A stretch of 64,000 bases of DNA from Candidatus Eiseniibacteriota bacterium. GTDB lineage: Bacteria; Eisenbacteria; RBG-16-71-46; CAVPCR01. The position numbers were made by a program, and so were the translations under genes. Shown here piece after piece: positions 20,800 to 31,696 of the stretch; within the stretch, counting starts at the first letter, position 1, and each line of letters starts with the position of its first letter. The stretch is from positions 224,001 through 288,000 of the forward strand of contig CAWGMA010000003.1 in NCBI GenBank assembly GCA_963823555.1, given 5' to 3'. The notes under the pieces are model-generated. The model saw only the letters and a list, made by a program, of their open reading frames with translations. It was not told the DNA's origin and ran no database searches.

Positions 20800-20828
20800 T
20801 TGACGGCACTGCCGGGGGAGGGGAGAAT
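20800..20828 (+). promoter_or_regulatory. Candidate sigma70 promoter for the TPR/beta-barrel/cohesin/PKD operon
   Basis: TTGACG-17 nt-GAGAAT; the -35 overlaps the right arm of the inverted repeat TCAACCTG(G)AAC...GTTCAGGTTGA. Confidence 0.5.
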
Positions 20829-20953
20829 TGATGCCGCGTTCGCGTCCCAGCACAGGAAAGCCTGGGAATCGCGCGACTTCACCCGCTGCTGCCACCGATG
20901 TTCGGGTGCCCCCGGCTGCGGGCGACGGAGTAACCACCACGCCCACAGACCTC

Positions 20954-22303
20954 ATGCTCGAGCGCATCAATCACCATCAACTCGGCGTCCACATCCTGAG
21001 CCTGTTCCTGGCCGTTTCCGTCTCGGCATGTGTCCCGGTCTACGAGCGGCGCCTGGAGCGCTACCGGGCCGGCGGCGACCTCGCTGCCGCCGAGCAACTC
21101 CTCGATTCGGCTCTGGAGGGGCATCCCGACAACCCGGACGTTCTGCGCGATAGCGGCATCGTCGCGTTCGAGCAGGGTGATCTGGATCAGGCGATCGATC
21201 GGCTGGCTCGTGCCCATGCGCTCGATCCCGATGACGGACGCACCGAGGTCTACCTGGCAGCCGCCTACGAGAGATCCTCCCGCTACGCTGAGGCCGCCGT
21301 CCACTATCGCCACCTGGAGCACCGCGTGGTCGCCGGAGACGGGATCAGCGATTACGAAGCCGATCTCATTTGCCGGCGCAGCCTCGTCGAGTCGCAGTAC
21401 GTGGCTGACCTCGTGGCGACGCGCCTGGCCGAGGAGAAGGCCGGAACCCTCCCTCCCGGCGACCGGCTGCTCATCCTGCCCTTCAGGCTGTATCAGGCGA
21501 CGCCCGGCGCCCAGAGTCTCAGGCTCGGGCTGGCCTCGGTGCTGAGCGCTGACTGGAGGGCCGCGCCGTCACCGGAAGCGGTGCCTTTCGCCGAGGTCGA
21601 GGCTTTCATGACCGCGCTCGAGGTGCCTCTCGATGCGGTGATCGGCAACGACCTGCGCGATCGGCTGGCCCGCCTCACGGGGGCTCGTTACGTTCTCGAC
21701 GGCACGCTGTCGGATGTGGGAGAGGTCATCTCGGCGGCTCCCGTGCTCATCGACCTGAATGCCCGCTCCGCCGCTGGCGAGGACAACGCCTCGCCACGGG
21801 AGGTGCATCTCGAGTACCAGCAGGCACGCACCGGATCTCTCGTCGAGTTCGAGCAGACGCTGCTCTTCCACGTGACCCAGGCCCTCGAGATCGAGTTCTC
21901 GCCGGTGGATGAGGCAGGGATGAGGCGCTTCTCCTCCCAGAGCGGATATGCCATCGCTCTCTATGGTGAGGGTATGGCCCTCGAGCGGGCAGGAGACCGG
22001 GCGGCGGCAATGGAAAAGCTGGCCCAGGCCACCGCCCTCGATCCAGACTTCGCCGCGGCGCGGGAAGCCCAGCTGCGGCTCACGTCTTGTCGCGGAAAGG
22101 CGGGGGAGCCGGAGTCGGTCCTTCAAGCCTACGAGGTCGCGCTCGCGGACGCCCGAGCCCGCTCATCCGAACGCGACCTCCTTGCCCGCACCACGAACGA
22201 GGTGGGGCGAGTGGGCGGGCCCGCCGGAGATGGCGACAACTTCTCCATCAATCGCGCGGCGGGAGCCGGCTCGGCCGTGTTCCCGGTGCGGTTGCCGCGA
22301 TGA
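20954..22303 (+). CDS. TPR-repeat lipoprotein with a CsgG/HfaB- or TolB-N-like alpha/beta domain
   Basis: Lipobox VSAC; TPR helices ('GDLDQAIDRLARAHALDPDD', 'ATALDPDFAAAR'); central 'LLILPF...LGLASVLSAD...RLARLTGARYVLDGTL'. Confidence 0.68.
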   Translation: MLERINHHQLGVHILSLFLAVSVSACVPVYERRLERYRAGGDLAAAEQLLDSALEGHPDNPDVLRDSGIVAFEQGDLDQAIDRLARAHALDPDDGRTEVYLAAAYERSSRYAEAAVHYRHLEHRVVAGDGISDYEADLICRRSLVESQYVADLVATRLAEEKAGTLPPGDRLLILPFRLYQATPGAQSLRLGLASVLSADWRAAPSPEAVPFAEVEAFMTALEVPLDAVIGNDLRDRLARLTGARYVLDGTLSDVGEVISAAPVLIDLNARSAAGEDNASPREVHLEYQQARTGSLVEFEQTLLFHVTQALEIEFSPVDEAGMRRFSSQSGYAIALYGEGMALERAGDRAAAMEKLAQATALDPDFAAAREAQLRLTSCRGKAGEPESVLQAYEVALADARARSSERDLLARTTNEVGRVGGPAGDGDNFSINRAAGAGSAVFPVRLPR

Positions 22304-23556
22304 TGGGCCCGATGCGCGCATCACTCGCCCGGAGGCGGCCACAGCCGGCAGCTGAGATGGAAAGGCCCGGCCCTGGCTCGACGACGTGGGCCGTCATCAT
22401 CTTCGGGCTTCAGCTCCTCGTCCTTGGGTCCACTGTGTCCTGGGCGGATTCCATCGTGCAGCGCGAGTTGCAGCCGTTCGATGTCGGTCCGACTCCGATC
22501 GGCGCCACCTCGATCGATGTCGGTCTCAACTACCGCACCTGGTCCATCCAGCAGGAGAGCGGCGACTCGAGCGTCGATCAGTTCGCCGTACCCGTCTTCG
22601 TGCGCACATCGCTCACGAAGAGCCTCGATTTCTCCTACCTGTTCAGCGCCGCCTCCTCCGGCCTCTCCCTCGGTGCCGGTGAGGAAGGAACGCTCGAGGG
22701 TGTGACCGACGGCAAGCTCGGCGTCAACTACCTCCTCCCCGGCAATCGCGTCTCCCTCGGGCTCGGCGTGCGTGTGCCCACCGGCGAGAGCGTCCTCGAT
22801 CCGCAGGAGGATGCGGTGGCCCGGGTCCTCAATGACCGCATCCTCGGATTCTGGGTGAAACGCTACGGGGAGGGCACCGATGTCGAGATGCGCGGCGGCT
22901 ACTCGGCCGTCCTGGGGCGCGGCGTCGCCCTCGCGGGTGGTGTCTCCTACACCCTGAAGGGCGACTTCCCCTTCCAGGACCCCCTGTCCGGAGTCGAGGC
23001 CAACTACGAGCCTGGAGATGAGCTATCGGTTCTGGTCCGACTCGAGGCGCGGGCCATCGCCCGGGACTGGCGGACTCAGGTTCGTTTCGCCACGTACGGA
23101 ACCGATCAGCGCGACGGCGTGGACGAGATCCAGGAAGGGAGCGAGGTCGAGCTCGGCTTGACCATGGCCGAGGAGCATCTGGCGGGGGTCCTCGAGCTCG
23201 ACGCGGGAGCGCTCTTCAAGCAAGACACCGAGATCGTGAGCGCCGAGGGCGCGTCTCCGGTCCGTGATGTCGGTGGCAATATCTTGCGAGTAGGAGGGGG
23301 ATTCTACGGCAAGCTGAGCGCGGCGAGCCGTCTGGGCGGACGGGTCGGAGCCAGCTGGTACGGCGAAGCGAAAAGCGGCACGGGCGATGGTTTCGTGTTC
23401 GAGGTCGGTCCGCGCTACCGGCGGCAGTTCGGATCCGCCATCACTGCCGATCTTGCCTACACCTTCTATGCGGGTAATGCCGAGGACAAGACCATCGATT
23501 TGATCGGTCACGACGTGACGATCGCGTTCGGACTCCTCGCCTGGGGCCGGCGATGA
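22300..23556 (+). CDS. Putative outer-membrane beta-barrel protein
   Basis: Signal-like hydrophobic stretch ending VSWA; alternating amphipathic strands rich in G/Y/F; 'LGLGVRVPTG' motif; terminal strand 'DVTIAFGLLAW'. Start codon overlaps the upstream stop (ATGA). Confidence 0.7.
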   Translation: MMGPMRASLARRRPQPAAEMERPGPGSTTWAVIIFGLQLLVLGSTVSWADSIVQRELQPFDVGPTPIGATSIDVGLNYRTWSIQQESGDSSVDQFAVPVFVRTSLTKSLDFSYLFSAASSGLSLGAGEEGTLEGVTDGKLGVNYLLPGNRVSLGLGVRVPTGESVLDPQEDAVARVLNDRILGFWVKRYGEGTDVEMRGGYSAVLGRGVALAGGVSYTLKGDFPFQDPLSGVEANYEPGDELSVLVRLEARAIARDWRTQVRFATYGTDQRDGVDEIQEGSEVELGLTMAEEHLAGVLELDAGALFKQDTEIVSAEGASPVRDVGGNILRVGGGFYGKLSAASRLGGRVGASWYGEAKSGTGDGFVFEVGPRYRRQFGSAITADLAYTFYAGNAEDKTIDLIGHDVTIAFGLLAWGRR

Positions 23557-24440
23557 GGGGGCCGCTGACCTCGCGGCGCGCCCTGCGCGCGGTCGCGCTC
23601 CTCGCCATCCTCATCATCGGCGCCGACTGCGCCCACGATCCGGCCGTGGCCCCCATCGTGGCCCCTGGCGCCGTGTCCTTCGCCGTCCATGTGGTCGAGG
23701 GTCCACTGGCGCCCGCCGCGGGAGCTCCAGGTGTCCGGGGGGCGGCTCCCTGCGAGCCCGTACCGACCGGATTTCCGACCGAGGTCGAAGTCGAGATCGA
23801 CCTCCGTTCCGAGGTCGGAGAGACGAGCACGCACACCTTCACGATCCCGGCGCGCACCGAGTCGAGTGACCTCGTCATCGGCGACCTGCCTCCGGGGAGT
23901 GGCTACTCGGCGCAGCTCACCGTGACGGCCCTCAAGGAGATCGTGTTCACGGGTCATGGCGGTCCGTTCGCCGTGCCCTCCGGGTCCAGACAGCGGATCG
24001 TCGTTCCGCTCTACCCCACCGGCCGCCGGGCGGTGCTCGCGATCGGCGCGCCGCAGATCGCGGCCAATGACGAGATCGTGATCCCCGTCATGGCGTCCCA
24101 CTCGGCGCCCGTGCGCGCGATCGAGCTCGATCTCTGCTTCGATTCGGCTCTCCTCGAGCCGCTCGGGGCTGCGGCGACGGGAACCAGGGTCGCCGCCTTC
24201 CGCGGCGCGGGCGGCCAGCCCGGGGTCCCCGGTCTCTACCGCGCCGTCTTGTGGTCGGAGGACGGCGCAGCCAGGATCGCCCCCGGCCAGGACGAGGTGC
24301 TCGAGATCCGATTCCGTTTCCGGCCGGAGGCGCCGGGCGACCTCGTGACCGATCTCATCTTCCAGGGCGCCATCTTCACCGATGCCGCGGCTGAGCCGCC
24401 CTTCACGGTCTACTTCTTCGACGGCCAGGTGCGGCGATGA
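23553..24440 (+). CDS. Exported (possibly lipo-) protein with an N-terminal Ig-like and C-terminal cohesin-like domain
   Basis: Signal peptide with Cys (atypical GADC). The C-terminal 'EIVIPV....PVRAIELDLCFDSALL...IAPGQDEVLEIRFR...LIFQGAIFTD' fits the cohesin pattern. ATGA overlaps at both ends. Confidence 0.68.
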   Translation: MRGPLTSRRALRAVALLAILIIGADCAHDPAVAPIVAPGAVSFAVHVVEGPLAPAAGAPGVRGAAPCEPVPTGFPTEVEVEIDLRSEVGETSTHTFTIPARTESSDLVIGDLPPGSGYSAQLTVTALKEIVFTGHGGPFAVPSGSRQRIVVPLYPTGRRAVLAIGAPQIAANDEIVIPVMASHSAPVRAIELDLCFDSALLEPLGAAATGTRVAAFRGAGGQPGVPGLYRAVLWSEDGAARIAPGQDEVLEIRFRFRPEAPGDLVTDLIFQGAIFTDAAAEPPFTVYFFDGQVRR

Positions 24441-27400
24441 GCGCGCGCCCCCACCGCATTCGTCCGGTGCTCGCGGTCTGGCTCGGCCTCCTCGCCGCGA
24501 CCTGTTGCCTGGCTGCCTCCGCATGGGCGCAGTCGCCGCCGGTCGCCGATCCCGGCGGACCGTACTCCGGCAACGAAGGCCAGCCGATCGCCTTCGATGG
24601 AACGGGCTCCTTCGATCCGGACGGTGGCCTCCTCGGCTACGTCTGGGACTTCGGAGACGGGACCACCGCCACCGGTGCCACGCCGAGTCACACCTACGCC
24701 GCCGGCGGTCCCTTCGTCGTGACGCTCACGGTCACCGACCCCGAGTTCCTGACCGACGTCGCCACGACGACGGCCACGGTGAACCGGACGCCGGCCGCGA
24801 ATCCGAACGGTCCCTATGCGGCCAACCTGGGCCAGCCGATCAGCTTCTCGTCGGCGGGGTCGAGCGATCCGGACGGCGATCAGCTCAGCTACCTCTGGGA
24901 CTTCGGTGACGGATCCACCGCCACGCAGCGCAATCCGAACCATACGTACTCGAGCGGAGGCATCTTCACGGTCACCCTCACCGTGACCGATCCCGGCGGG
25001 CTATCGGATGCAGGAACGACGACGGCGACGGTGAACCGCCCGCCGGTGGCGAATCCGAACGGTCCCTATACGGCCAACCTGGGCCAGCCGATCGCGTTCT
25101 CGTCGGCGGGCTCGAGCGATCCCGACGGCGACACGCTCACCTACCGGTGGGACTTCGGGGACGGCTCGACCTCGACTGCGGCCAACCCGACGAAGACGTA
25201 CGCGACGGGAGGCGTGTTTGTCGTTCTCCTCCAGGTCATGGATCCGGGAGGGCTCACGAACCAGGTCTCGACGACGGCGACGATCAACCGGCCGCCGGTG
25301 GCGGAGGCGAACGGTCCCTATACGGCCAGCCTGGGGCAGCCGATCAACTTCTCGTCGGCGGGCTCGAGCGATCCCGACGGCGATACGCTCGCCTATCTGT
25401 GGAGCTTCGGGGACGGGACGACGTCGACGCAGGCCAACCCGACGAAGACGTACGCGGTGGGTGGCGTGTACACGGTGACCTTGCGGGTGACCGATCCGGG
25501 CGGGCTCTTCGCCGAGGACACGGCCGAGGCCACGATCGCCCGCCCGCCGGTGGCGAACGCCAACGGTCCCTACACGGGGAACCAGGGGCAACCGATCGCA
25601 TTCTCGTCGGCGGGCTCGAGCGATCCGGATGGCCAGGCGCTGACCTACCTGTGGACGTTTGGTGACGGGACGACCTCGACTGCGGCCAATCCGACGAAGA
25701 CGTACGCGGTGGGCGGCGTGTACACGGTGACGTTGCGCGTGACCGATCCGGATCTCCTGTTCGATGAGGACACGACGACGGCGACGATCAACCGGCCGCC
25801 GGTGGCGGAGGCGAACGGTCCCTACACGGGGAACCAGGGCTCACCGATCGCATTCTCGTCGGCGGGCTCGAGCGATCCGGATGGCCAGGTGCTGACCTAT
25901 CTCTGGACGTTTGGCGACGGGACGACCTCGACGCAGGCCAATCCGGCGAAGACGTACGTGGTGGGTGGTGTGTACACGGTGACGCTCAGAGTGACGGATC
26001 CGGGCGGGCTCTTCAGCGAGGACACGGCCGAGGCGACGGTGAACCGGCCGCCGGTGGCGGAGGCGAACGGTCCCTACACGGGGAACCAGGGCTCACCGAT
26101 CGCATTCTCGTCGGCGGGCTCGAGCGATCCGGATGGCCAGGCGCTCACCTATCTCTGGACCTTCGGCGACGGGACGACCTCGACGGCGGCCAATCCGACG
26201 AAGACGTACGCCGTGGGTGGCGTGTACACGGTGACGCTCCGGGTGACGGATCCGGGCGGGCTCTTCAGCGAGGACACGGCCGAGGCGACGGTCAACCGGC
26301 CGCCGGTGGCGGAGGCGAACGGTCCCTACACGGGGAACCAGGGTCAGGCGATCGCGTTCTCGTCGGCGGGCTCGAGCGATCCGGAGGGCGGCGCGCTCAC
26401 CTATCTCTGGAACTTCGGAGACGGCTCGACCTCGACTGCGGCCAATCCGAGTCACACCTATGCGACCGGCGGCGTCTTCGCCGCAACGCTCCGGGTGACG
26501 GATCCGGGGGGGCTCTTCAGCGAGGACGCGGCTGCGGTCCGCGTGAACCGGCCGCCGGTGGCGGAGGCGAACGGTCCCTATACGGCCAGCCTGGGGCAGC
26601 CGATCAACTTCTCGTCGGCGGGCTCGAGCGATCCCGACGGCGACGCGCTCGCCTATCTGTGGACCTTCGGGGACGGGACGACCTCGACGCGGCCAATCCG
26701 ACGAAGACGTACGCGGTGGGTGGCGTGTACACGGTGACCTTGCGCGTGACCGATCCGGGCGGGCTCTTCGCCCAGGATACGACGACCGCCACGATCGCCC
26801 GGCCGCCGGTGGCGAACGCCAACGGTCCCTACGCGGGGAACCAGGGCCAGCCGATCGCGTTCTCGTCGGCGGGCTCGAGCGATCCGGATGGCCAGGCGCT
26901 GACCTACCTGTGGACGTTTGGCGACGGGACGACCTCGACGGCGGCCAATCCGACGAAGACGTACGCGGTGGGTGGCGTGTACACGGTGACGCTCCGGGTG
27001 ACCGACCCGGATCTCCTGTTCGATGAGGACACGACGACGGCCACGATCAACCGGCCGCCGGTGGCGGAGGCCAATGGGCCCTACACGGGGAACGCGGGTC
27101 AGCCGATTGCATTCTCGTCGGCGGGCTCGAGCGATCCGGAGGGCGGTGCGCTCACGTATCTCTGGACCTTCGGCGACGGGACGACCTCGACGGCAGCCAA
27201 TCCGGCGAAGACATACGCGGTGGGTGGTGTGTACGCGGTGACGCTCAGAGTGACGGATCCGGGCGGGCTCTTCAACGAGGACACGGCCGAGGCGACGGTG
27301 AACCGGCCGCCGGTGGCGAACGCCAACGGTCCGTACGCGGGGAACCAGGGCTCACCGATCGCGTTCTCGTCGGCGGGTTCGAGCGATCCGGATGGCCAGG

Positions 27401-30400
27401 CGCTGACCTACCTTTGGACGTTCGGCGACGGGACGACGTCGACGCAGGCCAATCCGGCGAAGACATACGCGGTGGGTGGCGTGTACGCGGTGACGCTCCG
27501 GGTGACGGATCCGGGCGGGCTCTTCAACGAGGACACGGCGCAGGCGACGGTCAATCGCCCGCCGGTGGCCGAGGCCGGCCCGCCCTCGGCGCCGATCTAC
27601 AACGGAGACCGCGGCGTCCCGATCGCGTTCTCGTCGGCGGGTTCGAGCGACCCTGACGGAGATGCGCTGACATATCTCTGGGAGTTCGGCGACGGGACGA
27701 CCTCGACCCAGGCCAATCCGTCGAAGACCTACGCCCAGGGCGGCGCCTACACCGCGACCCTGCGCGTTCGCGACCCCGGGGGCCTGATCGGGACAGACAC
27801 CGCCCCCGTGCTCGTGAACGACCTCGTCGTCACGGCGCCGGCGGCCGGAGTGGTGTGGTCGGAAGGCTCGACGCAGTCGATCCAGTGGACCGCGATCGGG
27901 TCGATCGGCCAGGTGGCCGTCGAGTACCGCCTGCGGCCCACCTCGACGTGGACGCTCATCGGCACCGCGCCGGCGGATGCCGGCTCTCTCCAGTGGCAGG
28001 TGCCGGACATCGGCAGTGCAGACGAGACCGGCGTCCTCGTCCGCGTCCGCCGCGCCGCGGATCCGCAGCTCGAGGACCGGAGCGATCCCTTCACGATCCG
28101 GAACCGCGTGCTCACGGTCACCGCGCCGGCGAGCGGGGACTCCTTCTACGAGACGACGGTCACCGACATCAGGTGGACGAGTGTCGGATTCGTATCGCAG
28201 GTGCGGCTCGAGGTCCGCCTGTCGCCGACGGGCGCCTGGCAGCAGATCGCCGCCACCGAGCCCAACGACGGCCGCTATACCTGGACCGTGCCCGAAGTAG
28301 CGGCGACCCAGAACCGCGCCCAGGTGCGCATCCTGGATGCCGCCGACACCCTGTCCACGCGGGACACGAGCGACGAGTTCACGATCCGCAACCGTTCACT
28401 CGCGATCTCGTCGCCGTCGGCCGGAGTCGTGTGGTCCGAGGCCTCCAGCCAGACGATCGAGTGGACGGTGAACGGGCCGGTGGGGGATGTCGCCATCGAA
28501 TTCCGCCGGAACCCGCTCGAGATCTACCAGGAGATCGCGCGGCGGCCCGCGACCGATGGGAGCTATGTCTGGCTCGTGGCGGCGGTGACGCAGGATCAAC
28601 CCCAGGCGCAGGTCCGGATCCGGGAGCTCGACCCGCGAAGCGATCCGATCAACAGCGAATCCCAGCTCTTCATCATCCAGAACCGCGCTCTCTCGATCGT
28701 CGATCCGGCACCGGGCAGCGAGATCTCGGAACGCATCCAGACGCCGATCACGTGGTCGAGCGCCGGACTCATCGACAACGTGCGGATCGAGTTCCGGCGC
28801 CGGCCCGCTGATGCCTGGGAGGCCGTTGCCGCCTCCGTGCCCAACTCCGGTTCCTACCAGTGGAACACGCCGGAGGTGGCGGCCGACGAGCCGGAAGCGC
28901 AGATCCGCATCACGGATGTCGCGGTCGGCCCGGATCTCGCTCAGGCTCTGAGCCAACCCTTCACCCTGGTCAATCGCACGCTCACGCCGGTCCTGCCCGC
29001 GCCCGGGAGCATCGAGTGCGAGGCGGACACGGTTGCGATCGTGTGGGAGACGCGGGGTTCGGTTCCGACCGTGGACATCGAGTGGCGCATCGACCCCGAT
29101 TCGGCCTGGAATCCGGTGGTCACGGCCGTTCCCAACACGGGGTCCGCCCTCTTCCCGACTCCCGATGTCCCGGCCACGAGCGATCAGGTTCAGCTGCGCG
29201 TGCGACAGGCCACGGACCAGACCGTGACGGCTACCTGGTCACCGTTCACGCTCACCAATCGCGCCATCGCCTTCCTGCGCCCGGTAGGTGGCGAAACCTA
29301 CACCGAGGGCGATGCCGTGCCCGTGAGCTGGCTCTCCGACTGCATCGATTCGGTGCTGGTGGAAGCTCGCATTCGCCCCGGCGCGGCGTGGGTGCCGCAG
29401 GGGCCTGGAGTATGGCCCAACACCGAGCAGATCATCTGGACCGTGCTCCGCGTCGACCAGGAGGAGAACGCAGTTCAGCTCCGGATCTCGGACGCCTCGG
29501 ATCCAGGCGCGGTGCTCTCGGTGTCGAACCCGTTCACCGTGCTCAACCGCGTGCTCGACGTGGTGCGTCCGACGGTGACCGACAGCCTCTCGGAAACGAC
29601 CACCTTCCGGATCGAATGGGACTGGGCGGGGACCCTGCAGCGGGTCTCGATCGACTACCGACTCGATCCAGCGCTCGACTGGGTGCCGATCACGAGCAAC
29701 GTGGCGAACACGGGCAGCTACAACTGGCAGGTGCCGCTCGTGGATCGCGACTATCGCGCAGCCCAGATCCGCGTCACCGACACCAACAACCCGGGCGTCT
29801 TCGACGAGGGTGATCCCTTCATCATCATGAACCGCGCTCTTTTGATCACGCGCCCGGCGGTGCTCGACACGCTCACCGAGACGGCGGCCGATACCATCCG
29901 CTGGTCGACGCGGGGGGAGGTGCCGGTGGTGACGGTGAGCTATCGCGAGAGCCCGAGCGATACCTGGCAGGTGATCGCCTCGGAGCAGCCCAACACCGGC
30001 TTCCTGCCGTGGGTGGTGCCCGCGGTCAACGGGGACGCGACCGCGGCCCGGGTGCGTCTCGACTACCCGGCGGCCCCGGAGGTGACGGTGGAGAGCGGTC
30101 CTTTCGTCATCCTCGACCGCGCCTTCCTCGTGCTCTCCCCGGCCGGCGGCGAGAGCTGGTCCGAGGCCACGACACAGCTCCTCCGCTGGCGCACCGTGGG
30201 TGAGATCGATTCGGTGCGGATCGAGCTCGTGCTGCCGGGAGGCGGCAGTCAAGTGCTCTTCCCCTCGACGCCCAATGACGGCGAGGAGCCCTGGCTCGTC
30301 CCCGAGCTCTCGCTCACGCTCCCCGGCGTGCGCATCCGCGTCATCGATCCGCGGCCGCCGTCGACCGGGGCCACGTCGCAGCCATTCACGCTCGTGAACC

Positions 30401-31602
30401 GTTCGCTCACCATCACCGCTCCGGCGCCGGGCGCGCGCGTCGAGTGGCGTATCGGCTCCACGCAGGCGATTCGGTGGGCGACCGCGGGTGTCGTCGATTC
30501 GGTGTCGATCGAGCTCGGGCGTGATGGTCCGGTGGGATCCTTCGAGACCGTGGTGGCATCGACGCCCAATGACGGCGAGTTCCTCTGGCTCGTGACCGCA
30601 CCCGAGACCTTCAATGCCGTGCTGCGCATGCGCGGGGTGGGGGTCCCGGATGTGGTCGCCATCACCCCCAGCGTCTTCGCGATCTACGACCTGGTGCCAC
30701 CCGATCTGTGCGCCGACTTCGACCATTCCGGGAGCGTCACGCTCGACGAGCTGGTGCGTGTCGAGAGCATCATCATCGGGGATGCGGTGGCCAGCGAGGC
30801 CGATTCACTGGCCGCGGATGGAACCCGTGATGCGCTCATCGACGTTCGCGACATTCTCTGCGGCGTCGATGACATGATCGCGGGGGAGATCGCCGGGCGC
30901 GGGCGGCCCTTCGTGGATGCCGGGTTCGAGGAGAGCGCGGCCCATGGCGCGCTCATTGCCCTCGGCCCGCCACCGGCGGCCGGGATCGTGCCGATCGAGA
31001 TCACGACCGCGGACCCGCTGGCCGGCCTCCTGGTGGCGGTGGAGGTCGAGGGGGGGAGCGCCGACCCCGAGCTGGGCCCCGACGGGGAGGGGCTGGTCAT
31101 GGTCTGGACCGCGACTGGACCCGGACGCCTGACGGCGACCGTGCGCCGCACACCCGGCGGCCCCGTGCTGGCCGCGGGAACGAGCTGGCCTCTCCAGCTG
31201 CGAGTGCGCGCCGCAGCGACCGGCGATGTGATGGTGCGCGTCACGCGCGCGGAGGCAGTGGGGGTCGATGCGAACCCGAAGCCGGTGCATCTCCTGGCCG
31301 GCGAGGCGGCGGTCCTCCCGCTCCAGGTGGCGCTCGGACAGAACCGGCCGAACCCGTTCAATCCATCGACCGTGATCCCCTTCGAGCTGCCGGCGGCAGC
31401 GCGGGTCGAGCTCCGGGTGCATGACGTGGGCGGACGGCTGATCAAGCGCGTGATCGACGGCGCCACGTTCCCGGCGGGCTACCACAGCGCGCGCTGGGAT
31501 GGGCGGGACGAGCGCGGACTCACCGTGGCGAGCGGAGTGTATCTGGCCACGCTCCGCGCGGGAGGGGAGACCTTCACCCGCAAGATGATGGTGATCCGCT
31601 AG
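24437..31602 (+). CDS. Giant surface protein (~2390 aa): 13 PKD + 10 Ig-like repeats + dockerin + cohesin-like + FlgD-Ig CTD; one 1-nt frameshift near 26690
   Basis: ORFs 24437-26737 and 26659-31602 join inside PKD unit 9: 'acctcgacgcggccaat' lacks one base relative to sister repeats. Signal peptide ends AWA. WDFGDG/WTFGDG PKD motifs, double EF-hand dockerin pattern, and CTD 'QNRPNPFNPSTVI..WDGRDERG..SGVY..RKMMVIR'. Confidence 0.88.
24530..27820 (+). repeat. 13 tandem PKD-domain repeats, 252-bp unit, near-identical DNA
   Basis: Unit starts at 25286, 25790 and 26546 differ by multiples of 252 bp. Confidence 0.92.
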
Positions 31603-31696
31603 CGCGCGCGGCCGTCGCTGCGATAGAATCCCGGCCCCCCTGGCCCCCTTGCCCTGGCCCCCGTCTGCGGCTCACTCCCGCATCGAGGAGCAGTCC

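Noticed and set aside
24530..27820. Regular DNA repeats as a possible CRISPR array
   Set aside because: The 252-bp units are in-frame PKD coding repeats without unique spacers, and there are no cas genes.
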